From a bacterium (GTDB lineage: Bacteria > UBA8248), in the NCBI GenBank assembly GCA_965204535.1, contig CBDBEV010000001.1, forward strand, positions 1,472,001 through 1,536,000: a stretch of DNA of 64,000 nucleotides, read 5' to 3'. The position numbers and the translations under genes are program-made. The notes below the pieces were generated by a model. The model was not told where the DNA came from and ran no database searches. It worked only from the letters and a program-made list of their open reading frames with translations. Of this stretch, positions 50,386-60,282 are shown piece after piece. How positions within the stretch are numbered: position 1 is the first letter of the stretch; every line of letters begins with the position of its first letter.

Positions 50386-51608
50386 TTGTCGCTCCTCCGT
50401 TTTTTGGTTCTCGTGTCGTCTTGTCCGTCGATGCGCGCGCCCTCGATGAACACCACCGTGACCCGCGTGCCGGTCTGCAGCTGGATCACCGGCTGGTACT
50501 GCTCGGCGCGCCTGATCAGGTAGTCCGCCACCTTGCGGCCCGCAGAGCCCGCGCCGGCGCCCAGGCCCGCGCGTCCCAGATCGCCGAGGTCCGCCGCGCG
50601 CTCGGTTCCCCCGTCGCCTGCCGGGACGCGCAGCATGCCGGCCGCGGTCTCGCCCGCGCCCGATACCAGGCCCGCCAGGAACGCCTTCTCGACCAGCACC
50701 CCCTCCCGACTCACCACGGGTCCCCGTACGCCCGCCTTGCCGCCCCCCGCCACGAAGCCCGATACCCTGGTCTCGATCACGGTGCCGGGATCGGGGCCTG
50801 AGCAGGTCATGGTGCGAAGCCGCACGTAGACTTTTTCGGACGACAGATCACCGTAGGCCGCTCCCGTGAGCGTGCAGCCCGTGACGTTCGCTTCCAGCGC
50901 CACGCCGTCATCCGCCGCGCTCCTCGCCTTGCCCGTGAGCCTCAGCAGCACGGGCCGGGGGTCGCTCTGTGAGGACACGCCCACCGAGGCGTCCACCCCC
51001 GCGAGCACCACCGCCTCGGCATAGGCGCCCGCCGGCAGCCACCAGGAAAGCGGCCGGGCGCCTGCGGCGGGACTTTCGGCCTTGAGACTCGTTGGTTTTT
51101 CGAATTCGAGGATCATGGGCGCAGGCCGGGCCGGGGGAATCTTCCCGCCCCGAGCGGGACGTTTCATTCCGGCGCCCCGAGAGGGTTGTTTGGCCTGGGG
51201 GGGCGCTATGGGCCGCGCTTCCAGCTTCCTGCGCAGTTGGTCGATGGCCGCCGCCTGGCGGTCGATCACCAGTCGTCCATCCGCTGCGTCCTTGGTGATG
51301 CGTTCGCGGAGCCTGGCGTTCTCCGCGTCGATGCGCTTGTTCTTCGTATCGAGGTCCCTGAGCTGCGCCTCCATCTGCCCGATGCGGGATTCCGAACGCC
51401 TGATCCAGACCGTCTCCGCAGACTTTGCTCCCGCCAGTTCCGCCCGGACGCCGCTCACGGGCTTCGGGGGCGCGCCGCCCCCTCCCGCCAAGAGCCAAAG
51501 CGCCAGGGCGAACAGGACCGCCGCGACAAGAACCGAGAACAGGAGAAGCTGCCGGTTCCTGTTCTTCCTGCTCTCGGGGTCCACCCGGGTCTTCTCCTTA
51601 TCGCTCAT
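50382..51608 (-). CDS. traB: TraB (VirB10-like)
   Basis: TM, coiled coil, LPAG, GVDA, GDLSSEKV, G.RG.VVSR, RAEQYQPVI. Confidence 0.92.
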   Translation of the reverse strand: MSDKEKTRVDPESRKNRNRQLLLFSVLVAAVLFALALWLLAGGGGAPPKPVSGVRAELAGAKSAETVWIRRSESRIGQMEAQLRDLDTKNKRIDAENARLRERITKDAADGRLVIDRQAAAIDQLRRKLEARPIAPPQAKQPSRGAGMKRPARGGKIPPARPAPMILEFEKPTSLKAESPAAGARPLSWWLPAGAYAEAVVLAGVDASVGVSSQSDPRPVLLRLTGKARSAADDGVALEANVTGCTLTGAAYGDLSSEKVYVRLRTMTCSGPDPGTVIETRVSGFVAGGGKAGVRGPVVSREGVLVEKAFLAGLVSGAGETAAGMLRVPAGDGGTERAADLGDLGRAGLGAGAGSAGRKVADYLIRRAEQYQPVIQLQTGTRVTVVFIEGARIDGQDDTRTKKRRSDK

Positions 51609-52323
51609 CGCGCGCCTCCGTCGTGTAGGTTTCATGCACCGCCACAAGGAGGCGTCCGCCGGATGGCCCGCTTGCTTGCAAAGACCGCCACAGGGCGGCA
51701 GCGCCAAGCTCGATACTCTTCATGAGAACCTCATGGTCCGGTTCCGCCTTCGTCTCGTATACGCGCGCCGTGAAGCGCCGCCCGCGCCAGGTTGCCAGCA
51801 GCGTAAGCCCGTTCCGCCGCGGTGATTCATGCGGCGTCTCAACCACGTAGCCGGGAGGGACTTCGTGCAGCGCCACGGCGCGCACGAGCGCAGCGAGCGT
51901 CTCCACGCGGCCACCTCCCGCTATCGGACCTTCCGTCAGTGGGGTCGCGGCGGCGTTTCGGATCAGTATCTGCGCTGAATCGCGCGCGGCCGTCCTGAGC
52001 GAGAGTTTGTAGGTGAAACCCTTCGCCGTCCCGATGAAAAGCGTCACTGGCGCGGGGTCTGCACTTGCGCGCTTCAGGGGCCGCAGGTAGAGGTCCCCTC
52101 GTGCCGCATCGTGTTCCACCGCGAAACCCTCCGCTCCCCGGACCACGCGTGCGACCCGGTCGTCCGCCAGCGTTATCCGGCTCACCGCGCGGTCCGAGAC
52201 CACCGCCACGAGTTCGGCATGGTCGGCGGCTTCGAGTATCTGCATCGCCACTGCCGGAGTTGCACAAAACAGAAGCACCGCGAGAAACGATGCAGTGAGA
52301 CTCATCGAACAATTCCTCGTCAT
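51598..52323 (-). CDS. traK: TraK secretin-like protein
   Basis: Signal peptide, SRI.L..DRV, GDLYL, TLFI.T.KGFTY. Confidence 0.85.
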   Translation of the reverse strand: MTRNCSMSLTASFLAVLLFCATPAVAMQILEAADHAELVAVVSDRAVSRITLADDRVARVVRGAEGFAVEHDAARGDLYLRPLKRASADPAPVTLFIGTAKGFTYKLSLRTAARDSAQILIRNAAATPLTEGPIAGGGRVETLAALVRAVALHEVPPGYVVETPHESPRRNGLTLLATWRGRRFTARVYETKAEPDHEVLMKSIELGAAALWRSLQASGPSGGRLLVAVHETYTTEARDER

Positions 52324-52877
52324 TTCGTATCCTCCATCTCCTCGAAGCGGAGCAGGCCGATGCGGCCCGCGTCCACGCGGAAGGAGAGCCGGTAGCGCTT
52401 TCTCTCTCGCGATATGCGTTCCCTTCCCATCCAGGTCGCGAGCTCTCCGCTCACGAAGACGCTCATTCCCTCGGTGTCCGCCTCGACCCTTCCGGGGTAG
52501 AAGGCGGTCGAGAGGTCGCGTCCCTTCATGCGCGCGGCCTCCGCCGCCACCCATGCGCCTATCGCGCCGCGGGCTGAAGCGTGACTCATCCGCGCCACGG
52601 CTTCTCTGGCTAGTCCTGCGTTCTCGGGCGTGAGGGTGAGGAGCGTCACGGCGACGGTGCGGCCCACGTCTTCGAGATACCGCGCGCCCGTCCGTCCGCC
52701 GCCCACCTCCCATGCAGGCCCCGCAACGGCGGGTACCAGCACCGTCGTCCGCTCGACCGATGCGAGGCCGGCGCTCAGCGTAACGTTGGCCAGAAGCGAG
52801 AGGCCGAGCAGAACAGCCAGCGCCGCACGGCCGTCCCTGACACGGCGGCGCTCAGTTTCCATGAGTTCTCGTTTCAT
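52320..52877 (-). CDS. traE: TraE
   Basis: TM, TVLVP, YLE...L.LTPEN, FY, V.G.L; position. Confidence 0.85.
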   Translation of the reverse strand: MKRELMETERRRVRDGRAALAVLLGLSLLANVTLSAGLASVERTTVLVPAVAGPAWEVGGGRTGARYLEDVGRTVAVTLLTLTPENAGLAREAVARMSHASARGAIGAWVAAEAARMKGRDLSTAFYPGRVEADTEGMSVFVSGELATWMGRERISRERKRYRLSFRVDAGRIGLLRFEEMEDTK

Positions 52878-52887
52878 GTGCGTTTCC

Positions 52888-53181
52888 TCATCCGGTGAAG
52901 CGGCGCAGGTGGCTCGGCGGCGCGGCCTTGAGACCAAGCGCAAAGCCGGGCAGGAACCAGTAAAGGGCGCACAGCGCCGTATCGGCCCCGCCGCCCCTCT
53001 TCGCGCGGCGAAGCAGCGCCCAGCCGCCGAGTCCCGCGACGAGTCCCGTCACGAAGGCGTTCGCCGCAAGACCCAGAAGCACGGGCGCCAGGAGCGCCGC
53101 CGCCTCATCGAGCGTCCAGAACAGCCACCTCTCGGGATCGTCCAGACGCGCGGGAATCGCGTGTTTCGCCTGATCGTTCAT
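52888..53181 (-). CDS. traL: TraL
   Basis: IPARLDDPER.LFWTLDE, LYWFLP. Confidence 0.9.
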   Translation of the reverse strand: MNDQAKHAIPARLDDPERWLFWTLDEAAALLAPVLLGLAANAFVTGLVAGLGGWALLRRAKRGGGADTALCALYWFLPGFALGLKAAPPSHLRRFTG

Positions 53182-53190
53182 CTCCCCTCC

Positions 53191-53487
53191 TCACACGATC
53201 GCCGTGCCCACGAGGCCGGTCACGACGCCCGTGCCCGCGCCCGCCGCAATGCCCACCCCCACTGCGCCCGCGATCTGCGCCGCGTTGAAGCGAAGCACCG
53301 AACCCACGAGCGCCGCGCCCACCGCGAGCGCGGCAGCCAGCTGTCCGCCCGTGCCCGAGACGATGTCCGTCACCGTGCCGAGCGGACCCGCAAACGTCGT
53401 GTCCGTCGTCGCGAAGACAGCCTCCACTTCACACAACGTCCAGACGAACGCCGCGAGCAGATGCTTTCCCCTGAAATACGTTCTCAT
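53191..53487 (-). CDS. traA: Conjugative pilin
   Basis: Leader plus two Gly/Ala-rich hydrophobic helices directly upstream of traL. Confidence 0.75.
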   Translation of the reverse strand: MRTYFRGKHLLAAFVWTLCEVEAVFATTDTTFAGPLGTVTDIVSGTGGQLAAALAVGAALVGSVLRFNAAQIAGAVGVGIAAGAGTGVVTGLVGTAIV

Positions 53488-54224
53488 CACGCAACCCTCC
53501 TTCCGTCGTCCGAGGTGGAGGTCCGCCTCCGCGCAGCGGCCCAGGCCTCGAGGTCCGCGAGCAGGTAGCGCACCCGCGAACCGAAACGATGAAACGCAGG
53601 CCCCGCCCCGCTCACGCGGTATCGGTCCAGCGTCCTCGTCGAGAGGCCCAGCCACTCCGCCGCCTCCCGCGTGCTCAGGTAATGCTTGCCGTTCTCGTTC
53701 ATGTACATCTCTCCTTCTGTCTCGGTCCCGCCACTCGGGACCCCTGTAGTCTGCGGGCAGGACGCCGCCCGCAGGAAAGGTTTCATACCGGCCGTATCCG
53801 CCACCCGGCCGCGGATAACCTGCAGCTCCTCTTCGCTCACGTGCGAAGCCATCCAGGTGCGCACTCGCTCAATCGTCGCAAGCCGCGGCGAATACCCGCG
53901 GCGCAGTTTCCACACGAAGGAAGGACTGCCCGTGGCCTCCTCGCCAAGCACCCGCGGCTTGGTCCCCGTCAAGGCCATAAACGCCTCGACCTCGCTCCTG
54001 AAGGCCGGTCCCAGCGGCGGAGCCCCCATGAAGGCGAGCACCCGGTCCGCCGTCTTCATCCCCACGGAGCGTCCCCGGCGCAATTCGTCAACGAAATCCG
54101 GGTCTCCGAGCGCGGCCCTCCCGAGATATCTCGCACTCACGCCGTGGCGCACGCACCACGCGGCAACGCAGCGGTTCAATTTGTCGACCAGGGGCATCTC
54201 TGTGTGGTGAGCGAGTGTTTTCAT
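53487..54224 (-). CDS. Two tandem Cro-like HTH units fused to an AlpA/Xis-type (HTH_17) domain; internal start at 53702
   Basis: Repeated G...LG..A.G.P.FV..LRRG.S....T..RV..(F/W)M; then YLSTREAAEWLGLS.RTL..YR..G.GP.F.RFG.RVRY. Confidence 0.8.
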   Translation of the reverse strand: MKTLAHHTEMPLVDKLNRCVAAWCVRHGVSARYLGRAALGDPDFVDELRRGRSVGMKTADRVLAFMGAPPLGPAFRSEVEAFMALTGTKPRVLGEEATGSPSFVWKLRRGYSPRLATIERVRTWMASHVSEEELQVIRGRVADTAGMKPFLRAASCPQTTGVPSGGTETEGEMYMNENGKHYLSTREAAEWLGLSTRTLDRYRVSGAGPAFHRFGSRVRYLLADLEAWAAARRRTSTSDDGRRVA

Positions 54225-54870
54225 GTGATAAATATATATGAATATAAATATTATTATCAATAACTAAATATATCTAGTTTCCTGCGATTTTTTGCCACCT
54301 CCAGTCTCATCTGCGAACGGCTGCGCAGGGGTATGGCAAAAAAAAGTGATTTTCTTCCACAGCGACGGCGTGTACGGGAGCGAGGCGAAGCCCCGCGACT
54401 CCGTACGGGAGAGGAGCTGTCGCTTGAACCCGGAAAGACAGGCATCCCGATAAACGAATATAATACGAAAATAAACGAACCGCAACACAGGTCCATGCCG
54501 GGAAACCTGATTGCCTGAAATTCACGGGCACGCCGCGCGGCATCACGGGAAAAACGGATTCCGCCGATGACGGCCAGAAGGGTGGAATCGGGGTGAAGAC
54601 TTGACCTGGGGGCCACAGGTCATCGAAAGCTGCGCACCCTCCGGCCGGGATTCCACCAACCCGCACCCTCTCCAAACCGCCTAAAACCGGCCCGTAGCCT
54701 CCGTTGCGTGGTTCAATCGACGCTGAACGCAGGCGCCCCAGGAATCGCTCGTATCTCCTGCAACTCGCCTCTCACCGCCGGGAGGCCGAGCCGGGCGGGG
54801 CGTGGGCGAGGCCGGGAGACTCGAGAGCGTTCCCGGCACGTTCCCATCCCATCCACAGGAGGAAATTCGT

Positions 54871-57105
54871 ATGGCTCAGGCTGAACCGCTTATCCGTTCC
54901 ATCCCGCTCAACCGGCTGGAGCTCGCGCCGGAGAACGTCCGCAAGACCCCGCCCGACCCCGCCTTTTTCGCGGAGCTCAAGGCCTCCATCACGGCCCACG
55001 GTCTGATGAAGAACCTGGTCGTCAGGACAGAGGACCCCGGCGGTGACCCCGGATCGGGTCCGGAGCAGGCTCCGGCCGAGCACTATGCCGTGGTCGCCGG
55101 CGGACGCCGCCTCGCCGCCATGAAGGCCCTGGCGGAAGAAGGCGTCCTCGACGCGGACCACCCCGTGCCCTGCCGGGTAATCGGCGCGTCGGAGAACGCG
55201 GAAGAGTTCTCCCTCGCCGAGAACGTGGTGCGCGTCGCCATGCACCCCGCGGACCAGGTCGTCGCGTTCGCGAAGATCGCGGAGGCAGGGGTATCCGTAT
55301 CCGCCATCGCGGCGCGCTTCGGCGTCACGGAGCGCCTGGTCGAGCAGCGCCTGAGTCTCGGGGGCGCCGCGCCCGAACTGCTCGACGCCTACCGGGCCGA
55401 AGAGATGGACCTGGACACCCTCAAGGCCTTCACGGTCACGACCGACCACGCCCGCCAGATGGCGGTCTGGGAACAGGTGAAGGAATACGGCTACGGGCCC
55501 AGCGGCTGGCAGGTGAGGCGCATACTGACCGAGGAGAACGTCCCCGCCGTAACGGCCGTGGCGCGCTTCGTGGGCGAAGAAGCCTACGAGGCGGCAGGGG
55601 GTACGCTCACGCGGGACCTGTTCGCCGAAGAGGACGCCCGGGGAATATGGTTCGACGACCCCGTCCTCCTGAACGAGCTCGCGACGGAAAAACTCCGCGC
55701 GGCGGCGGAGGAACTGAAGAAGCGCTGGAAGTGGGCCGAGGCGGTGGTCGAGGCCGACTGGAGCGCGATCTCGGGCTTCGGGCGAATCCACCCCGAACCG
55801 GGCGCTCCCACCGATGAGGAGAAGGCCGAGCGGGAGAGGTTGTGGGCCCGCCACGATGAACTCGTGAACACGGACGAGGACGACTGGACCGACGAACTCG
55901 GCCAGGAGGCCGAAGCGCTCGAGGCGCGCCTGCGCGCGATCGAGGAGGCCGTGAACGCGCGGGCCGCCTATCGCGAGGAGGATTTCAAGGTGGCGGGCTG
56001 CATCGCCACCGTCGGCCACGACGGCGCGCTCAAGGTCGTCGAGGGCCTCGTGAGGCCCGAGGACATGCCCGAGCGCACGGAGGCGGGCGAGGCGAACGGC
56101 GCCGGTCCGGGCCGCGTGGACGCGCCGCTCGCGGCGCCCCCCGACCCGCGCGCGAAGGTCCGCAAGGAGACGGGGATCGGGATCGGACTCGCCGACGATT
56201 TGCGCGCCGTCCGCACGACGCTCGTCAAGGCGCACCTGTCGGGGGACTTCGAGGCGGCCTTCGACCTGACGCTCTTCCAGTTCGCCTGCGCCGCGTTCGC
56301 CAATGACCACATGGCGGGCGCCCTCGACATCGCCTTCCGGGAGACCGCCGACCGGCCGCCCGCGCGGACGGGCGACGAGGACTTCGCCGCCTGGAGTCTG
56401 GGCGAGGCCATGCTGGCGGAACGTCCGGACCTCTCCCTGGCCTGGATGGAGAACGAGGACGAAGACGCCGCCTTCGCGGCGATGCGGGCGCTGCCCCAGG
56501 CGGAGAAGCAGGCCATCTACGCGGCGGCGGTGGCGCGCTCGCTCAAGGGACAGCTCGCCTTCGAGCCGGACGCCCGGCCCGTGCTAGAAGCCACGGTCGC
56601 CAGGCTCGATATCGACTTCGCGAAGCACGTGCGTCCTTCCGCCGCGATGTTCTGGTCGCGCATCACGAAGGACCGCATCCTCGCCATAGCGCGCGCGACG
56701 CTGGGGCCCGTCTGGGCCTCCGCCCGCGCGAAGTTCAAGAAGGCCGACCTGGCCCTGGCGATGGAAGAAGCCTTCGCCGCCGACCCGCCCGAGAATCTGA
56801 CCCCGAGGGTACGGGCCGTCCTGGCCTGGACGCCGCCGGGGTTCGCGCCCTTTGATGCGGGCCTGGTGGGAGAGGCCGTGGAGGAAGACCCGCCGGCCGA
56901 AGAACCCGGACCGGAAGCCGTCGATGAAGAGGCCTCCGGTGCCGGCGGCGGCGACGCCCCCGCGGGGGGGGAACTCGCCCGGGCGGTCGACGCGATGAAC
57001 GCGGTGCCCACCGCGGACGGGGGTCCGAGGGTAATCGTGCACGGGATCGATCTCGCAAACGGCCAGGGCGGCGAGGAGAACGACGTCCCCGAATTCCTGC
57101 GCTGA
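54871..57105 (+). CDS. ParB/Srx-domain protein, long conjugative-element type
   Basis: NVRKT, LKASI..HGL, VAGGRRL, SLAEN..R..MHPADQ, HTH; AGGAGG RBS. Confidence 0.9.
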   Translation: MAQAEPLIRSIPLNRLELAPENVRKTPPDPAFFAELKASITAHGLMKNLVVRTEDPGGDPGSGPEQAPAEHYAVVAGGRRLAAMKALAEEGVLDADHPVPCRVIGASENAEEFSLAENVVRVAMHPADQVVAFAKIAEAGVSVSAIAARFGVTERLVEQRLSLGGAAPELLDAYRAEEMDLDTLKAFTVTTDHARQMAVWEQVKEYGYGPSGWQVRRILTEENVPAVTAVARFVGEEAYEAAGGTLTRDLFAEEDARGIWFDDPVLLNELATEKLRAAAEELKKRWKWAEAVVEADWSAISGFGRIHPEPGAPTDEEKAERERLWARHDELVNTDEDDWTDELGQEAEALEARLRAIEEAVNARAAYREEDFKVAGCIATVGHDGALKVVEGLVRPEDMPERTEAGEANGAGPGRVDAPLAAPPDPRAKVRKETGIGIGLADDLRAVRTTLVKAHLSGDFEAAFDLTLFQFACAAFANDHMAGALDIAFRETADRPPARTGDEDFAAWSLGEAMLAERPDLSLAWMENEDEDAAFAAMRALPQAEKQAIYAAAVARSLKGQLAFEPDARPVLEATVARLDIDFAKHVRPSAAMFWSRITKDRILAIARATLGPVWASARAKFKKADLALAMEEAFAADPPENLTPRVRAVLAWTPPGFAPFDAGLVGEAVEEDPPAEEPGPEAVDEEASGAGGGDAPAGGELARAVDAMNAVPTADGGPRVIVHGIDLANGQGGEENDVPEFLR

Positions 57106-57127
57106 ACCGCATCCCCGTTCAATCACG

Positions 57128-57162
57128 GCGCCCCGCGGCATTTGCTGCGGGGCGCTTTTTTT
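57128..57162 (+). terminator. Intrinsic terminator
   Basis: GCGCCCCGCGGCA-TT-TGCTGCGGGGCGC followed by T7. Confidence 0.8.
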
Positions 57163-57190
57163 CGTTTTCACGTCTAGAGGAGTCCACGAC

Positions 57191-58900
57191 ATGAACGACA
57201 CACCGAATGTTTCACCGCACCCCGGTCGGATCCGCGCCCGGATCCACGAGGGCGCCCTTCATCGCGTCACGAGGATGTACACGGCGCGTCTCGCCGACGT
57301 CTTCACCGAGGCGCTCCAGAACAGCCGCCGCGCGGGGGCGACGCGCGTCCGCGTCGCCATCGAGGAGGCGACAGGCGCGCAGGCCGTCACCATCACCGAC
57401 GACGGGGCCGGGATCGCCGATCCCGCCGTGCTCCTCTCCTTCGGTGAGAACGGCTGGAGCGAAGAACTGGTGAGGCGAGAGGACGCGGCCGGGATGGGGT
57501 TCCTGAGCCTGTCGCGCCGCGGCTGCACGGTCGCTTCGAGGACGCGCTCGGGCGCCGGCTGGCGCGTCGAACTCACGCCCGCCCACTTCCTGGGAGAGGC
57601 GGAGGCGATAGTCGTCCCCGCCGAGGAGGCGCCCCGTCCCCACGGGACGGAGGTGCGCTTCCGTACGGAAGAGAACCGAGAGGTTATCCGGCGCGCGCTC
57701 GAGAACGTGGCCCGGCACTACCCGCTCCCGGTCGCACTGGACGGCGGACCCCTCCCGCGCCGGGATTTTCTCGAAAACGCCGTCCACACGGAGTCCTGGC
57801 GAGGGCTCGCCTTCGGCGTCTTCGCGGACAGAAGCCGCTACCGCGACGAACCGGACCTGAACTTCCACGGCCTGGTCCTGCCCGTGCGCCTGCCCACGGT
57901 CCACCCCGTCGACGGCCCCGCCTGGTCGGTACGCGCCGAGGTCGCGAACTGCCCGGAACTCGAACTCGTCCTGCCGGCCCGCAAGGAGGCGGTCGAGACG
58001 CCCTTCCTCGAAGACATGCGCGAGGCCGCGCGGATCGCTATCTACCGGGCGATGGCCAGGGCCGGGACCGCGCCGGTCATCGCATTCGAGGAGTGGCGGC
58101 GCGCGCGTGCGGCCGGGGTCGAACTGCCGGAACCCTCGCCCGCGCTGCGCCCCTGGCGGCCTCCCATCGCCGATATCGACAACTGGCTCGCGGGACCCTC
58201 GTCCGAACCCCTGCCCGAAGACGCGCTCCTGATGGATACGGAACTCGGACCCCCCGAAGCGCAGGCGCTCTGGCGCGCGGCGGAGCGCGGCGGTACGGCG
58301 CCGCGGCTCTTCGAAGCCGACCGCAGGTTCGAGGGCTACCCCTGGTACGACGCGCTCCCGCGCGTCAAAGACGTCCGCACCGATGTCGCGCTCGGCGGCG
58401 AGGCCCGTCCGCTTGAGGATTTTCAGACCCCGCCGGATGGCTCCGGTCCGGGCACCGAGCCGCCTCCGCGCCCCGATGCGATCCGCATGCGTCTCGACGT
58501 CGAGGGCCCGGAGGGTGCGAGCGAGACCCTGGCGCTCGACGCCGACCTCGCCTTCGCGGGAGAGGCCTGGGCCTGGCTCGCGGACGTGGAGCCGCTCGTG
58601 ACGGCGGGGAGCGCCATCGAGCCGGCCGAACTCGCCGACGTCCTGCGCGACGCCTGGTTCTCGCCGTCAGACGAGGCGGACGCCGACAGCTGGGAGACGC
58701 AGCGCGCCCGCTTCGAGGAAGAAGCCCTGCACCTGGCGATCGGCATTTTGTGCTCGGAAGAGGAGGCGCTCAGGCGCACGATCGCCTGCGCGGTGCGGCG
58801 CGAACTGTTCTGGCTCATTCCCAAAGACCGCGCCGTCAACATCATCGTGCGAGGCGGTGCAGTCGGAGTCGACCTGGCCGAAGAGGAGGTTTCTCCATGA
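57191..58900 (+). CDS. GHKL (HATPase_c)-domain protein
   Basis: EALQNSRRAGA, ITDDGAGI, GMGF.SL, HGTEV. Confidence 0.82.
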   Translation: MNDTPNVSPHPGRIRARIHEGALHRVTRMYTARLADVFTEALQNSRRAGATRVRVAIEEATGAQAVTITDDGAGIADPAVLLSFGENGWSEELVRREDAAGMGFLSLSRRGCTVASRTRSGAGWRVELTPAHFLGEAEAIVVPAEEAPRPHGTEVRFRTEENREVIRRALENVARHYPLPVALDGGPLPRRDFLENAVHTESWRGLAFGVFADRSRYRDEPDLNFHGLVLPVRLPTVHPVDGPAWSVRAEVANCPELELVLPARKEAVETPFLEDMREAARIAIYRAMARAGTAPVIAFEEWRRARAAGVELPEPSPALRPWRPPIADIDNWLAGPSSEPLPEDALLMDTELGPPEAQALWRAAERGGTAPRLFEADRRFEGYPWYDALPRVKDVRTDVALGGEARPLEDFQTPPDGSGPGTEPPPRPDAIRMRLDVEGPEGASETLALDADLAFAGEAWAWLADVEPLVTAGSAIEPAELADVLRDAWFSPSDEADADSWETQRARFEEEALHLAIGILCSEEEALRRTIACAVRRELFWLIPKDRAVNIIVRGGAVGVDLAEEEVSP

Positions 58901-59379
58901 AAAAGACCTGGACCGTCCGCTGCGGATACGCGGCCCGCTTCGCCGATTCGTTCACCGTGGAGGCGGAGACCCTCGAGGAGGCGCTGGAGAAGGCCGTCGA
59001 GAACGCCCATGCGGACCGGGGGGCGATCGTTCGTTGCCGCAGGGTTTTCGTGGACGACATCCGGGAGGGCGCCGACTCCTGGGACCCGGACGCGGAATGG
59101 CCGGTCCCCGACCGGTTCACCGAGCGGGGCGAGCCGCCGGTCATCACCCTGACCGATCCCGGCCGTGCGGGCGGCGGCGCCGTCGAGGTGTCCCGGGGGC
59201 GGGTCCTGCTCCGCTTTGAGACGCCCGAGGCCACGATCACCAGCGAGCTATCCGATCCGCCCCACCCGCCCCGCAACAAGCCGCTCGTGACGATCCGCCG
59301 CCGCCCGGACGGCGCGCCGCCCGACGTCACCGTTACCGGGGGCCGGGCGAGGATACGGGTTCTCGGCTACCCGGCCTGA
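58897..59379 (+). CDS. Hypothetical protein
   Basis: GAGGAGG RBS, ATGA overlap; FTVEAETLEEA motif. Confidence 0.7.
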   Translation: MKKTWTVRCGYAARFADSFTVEAETLEEALEKAVENAHADRGAIVRCRRVFVDDIREGADSWDPDAEWPVPDRFTERGEPPVITLTDPGRAGGGAVEVSRGRVLLRFETPEATITSELSDPPHPPRNKPLVTIRRRPDGAPPDVTVTGGRARIRVLGYPA

Positions 59380-59437
59380 CTGTACCGGAATCCCTTCGTT
59401 CTTTCCGTTTCCCTCTTTCACGTAAAGGAGAACGCCG

Positions 59438-59812
59438 ATGGAACTCGTCACACCGGAACAACGCGAGCAATTGCTCGCGAACGGCGCCAGGCGCGGCGCG
59501 GATCACACGCCTGTGGTCAAGCTGTTCAACCCCTGCGGCGCAGGGACCTGGCTCGTGACCGAACTCGACCCCGAGGATGAGACCATAGCCTTCGGGCTCG
59601 CGGATATCGGCACACCGGAGATCGGGAGCTTCAGCCTCCAAGAGCTGGAAGCCTTCAAGGGACCGTTCGGCCTGGGGATAGAGCGCGATCTTTATTTTGA
59701 GGCGAAATACACCCTCTCCGCCTACGCCGAGGCCGCCCGCGCCGCGGGCCGGATCGTCGAATACGGCCCTGTGCTCGACGCCGCCGGTCGCGGGAAGGCC
59801 GTCGCCGGCTGA
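59438..59812 (+). CDS. DUF2958-family protein
   Basis: PVVKLFNPCGAGTWL.TELDP, FGLAD.G.PE.G, IERDLYF. Confidence 0.88.
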   Translation: MELVTPEQREQLLANGARRGADHTPVVKLFNPCGAGTWLVTELDPEDETIAFGLADIGTPEIGSFSLQELEAFKGPFGLGIERDLYFEAKYTLSAYAEAARAAGRIVEYGPVLDAAGRGKAVAG

Positions 59813-59847
59813 CCAATCCGTTTCCCGTACACATTCTGGAGAAAGCC

Positions 59848-60165
59848 ATGCCCGACACCGAAGCCCGGACTGCGGCCACACACCCCATGGACCCCCGGCG
59901 CGGGGAGAGCCTCTCGCCCATGTTCGCGGCCTTTCTCTGCTGGCTCCTGGAGCTGCCGCCCGTGACGAAGCCCGCCATCACGGGCGTCATGGTGGCAGGG
60001 GACAGCGTCCTCGCGGCCACGGACGCCGATCCCTTCTTCAACGCCCATCTCGGGAGCCTCGCGGAATTCGAGCGCAACCTCAGGGGCTGGGGCGAGGCCT
60101 GCGGCGCCGACGCCGCCATGATCGAAGGCCTCGTCACAAAGCTCCGAAGCGCCGGACGGACCTGA
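59848..60165 (+). CDS. Hypothetical protein
   Basis: GGAGA RBS, 105-aa ORF in operon context. Confidence 0.65.
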   Translation: MPDTEARTAATHPMDPRRGESLSPMFAAFLCWLLELPPVTKPAITGVMVAGDSVLAATDADPFFNAHLGSLAEFERNLRGWGEACGADAAMIEGLVTKLRSAGRT

Positions 60166-60282
60166 CCCTGGTTCACACCGGGTAGAGGCCGAGAGAGGCC
60201 CGGCCGGGGCGTTCCGGGAGGTCCCGGGGGAGCTATCCCCCGGACGGCCTCCCTCATTCCCACGACATCCGAGGAGAGAGCC

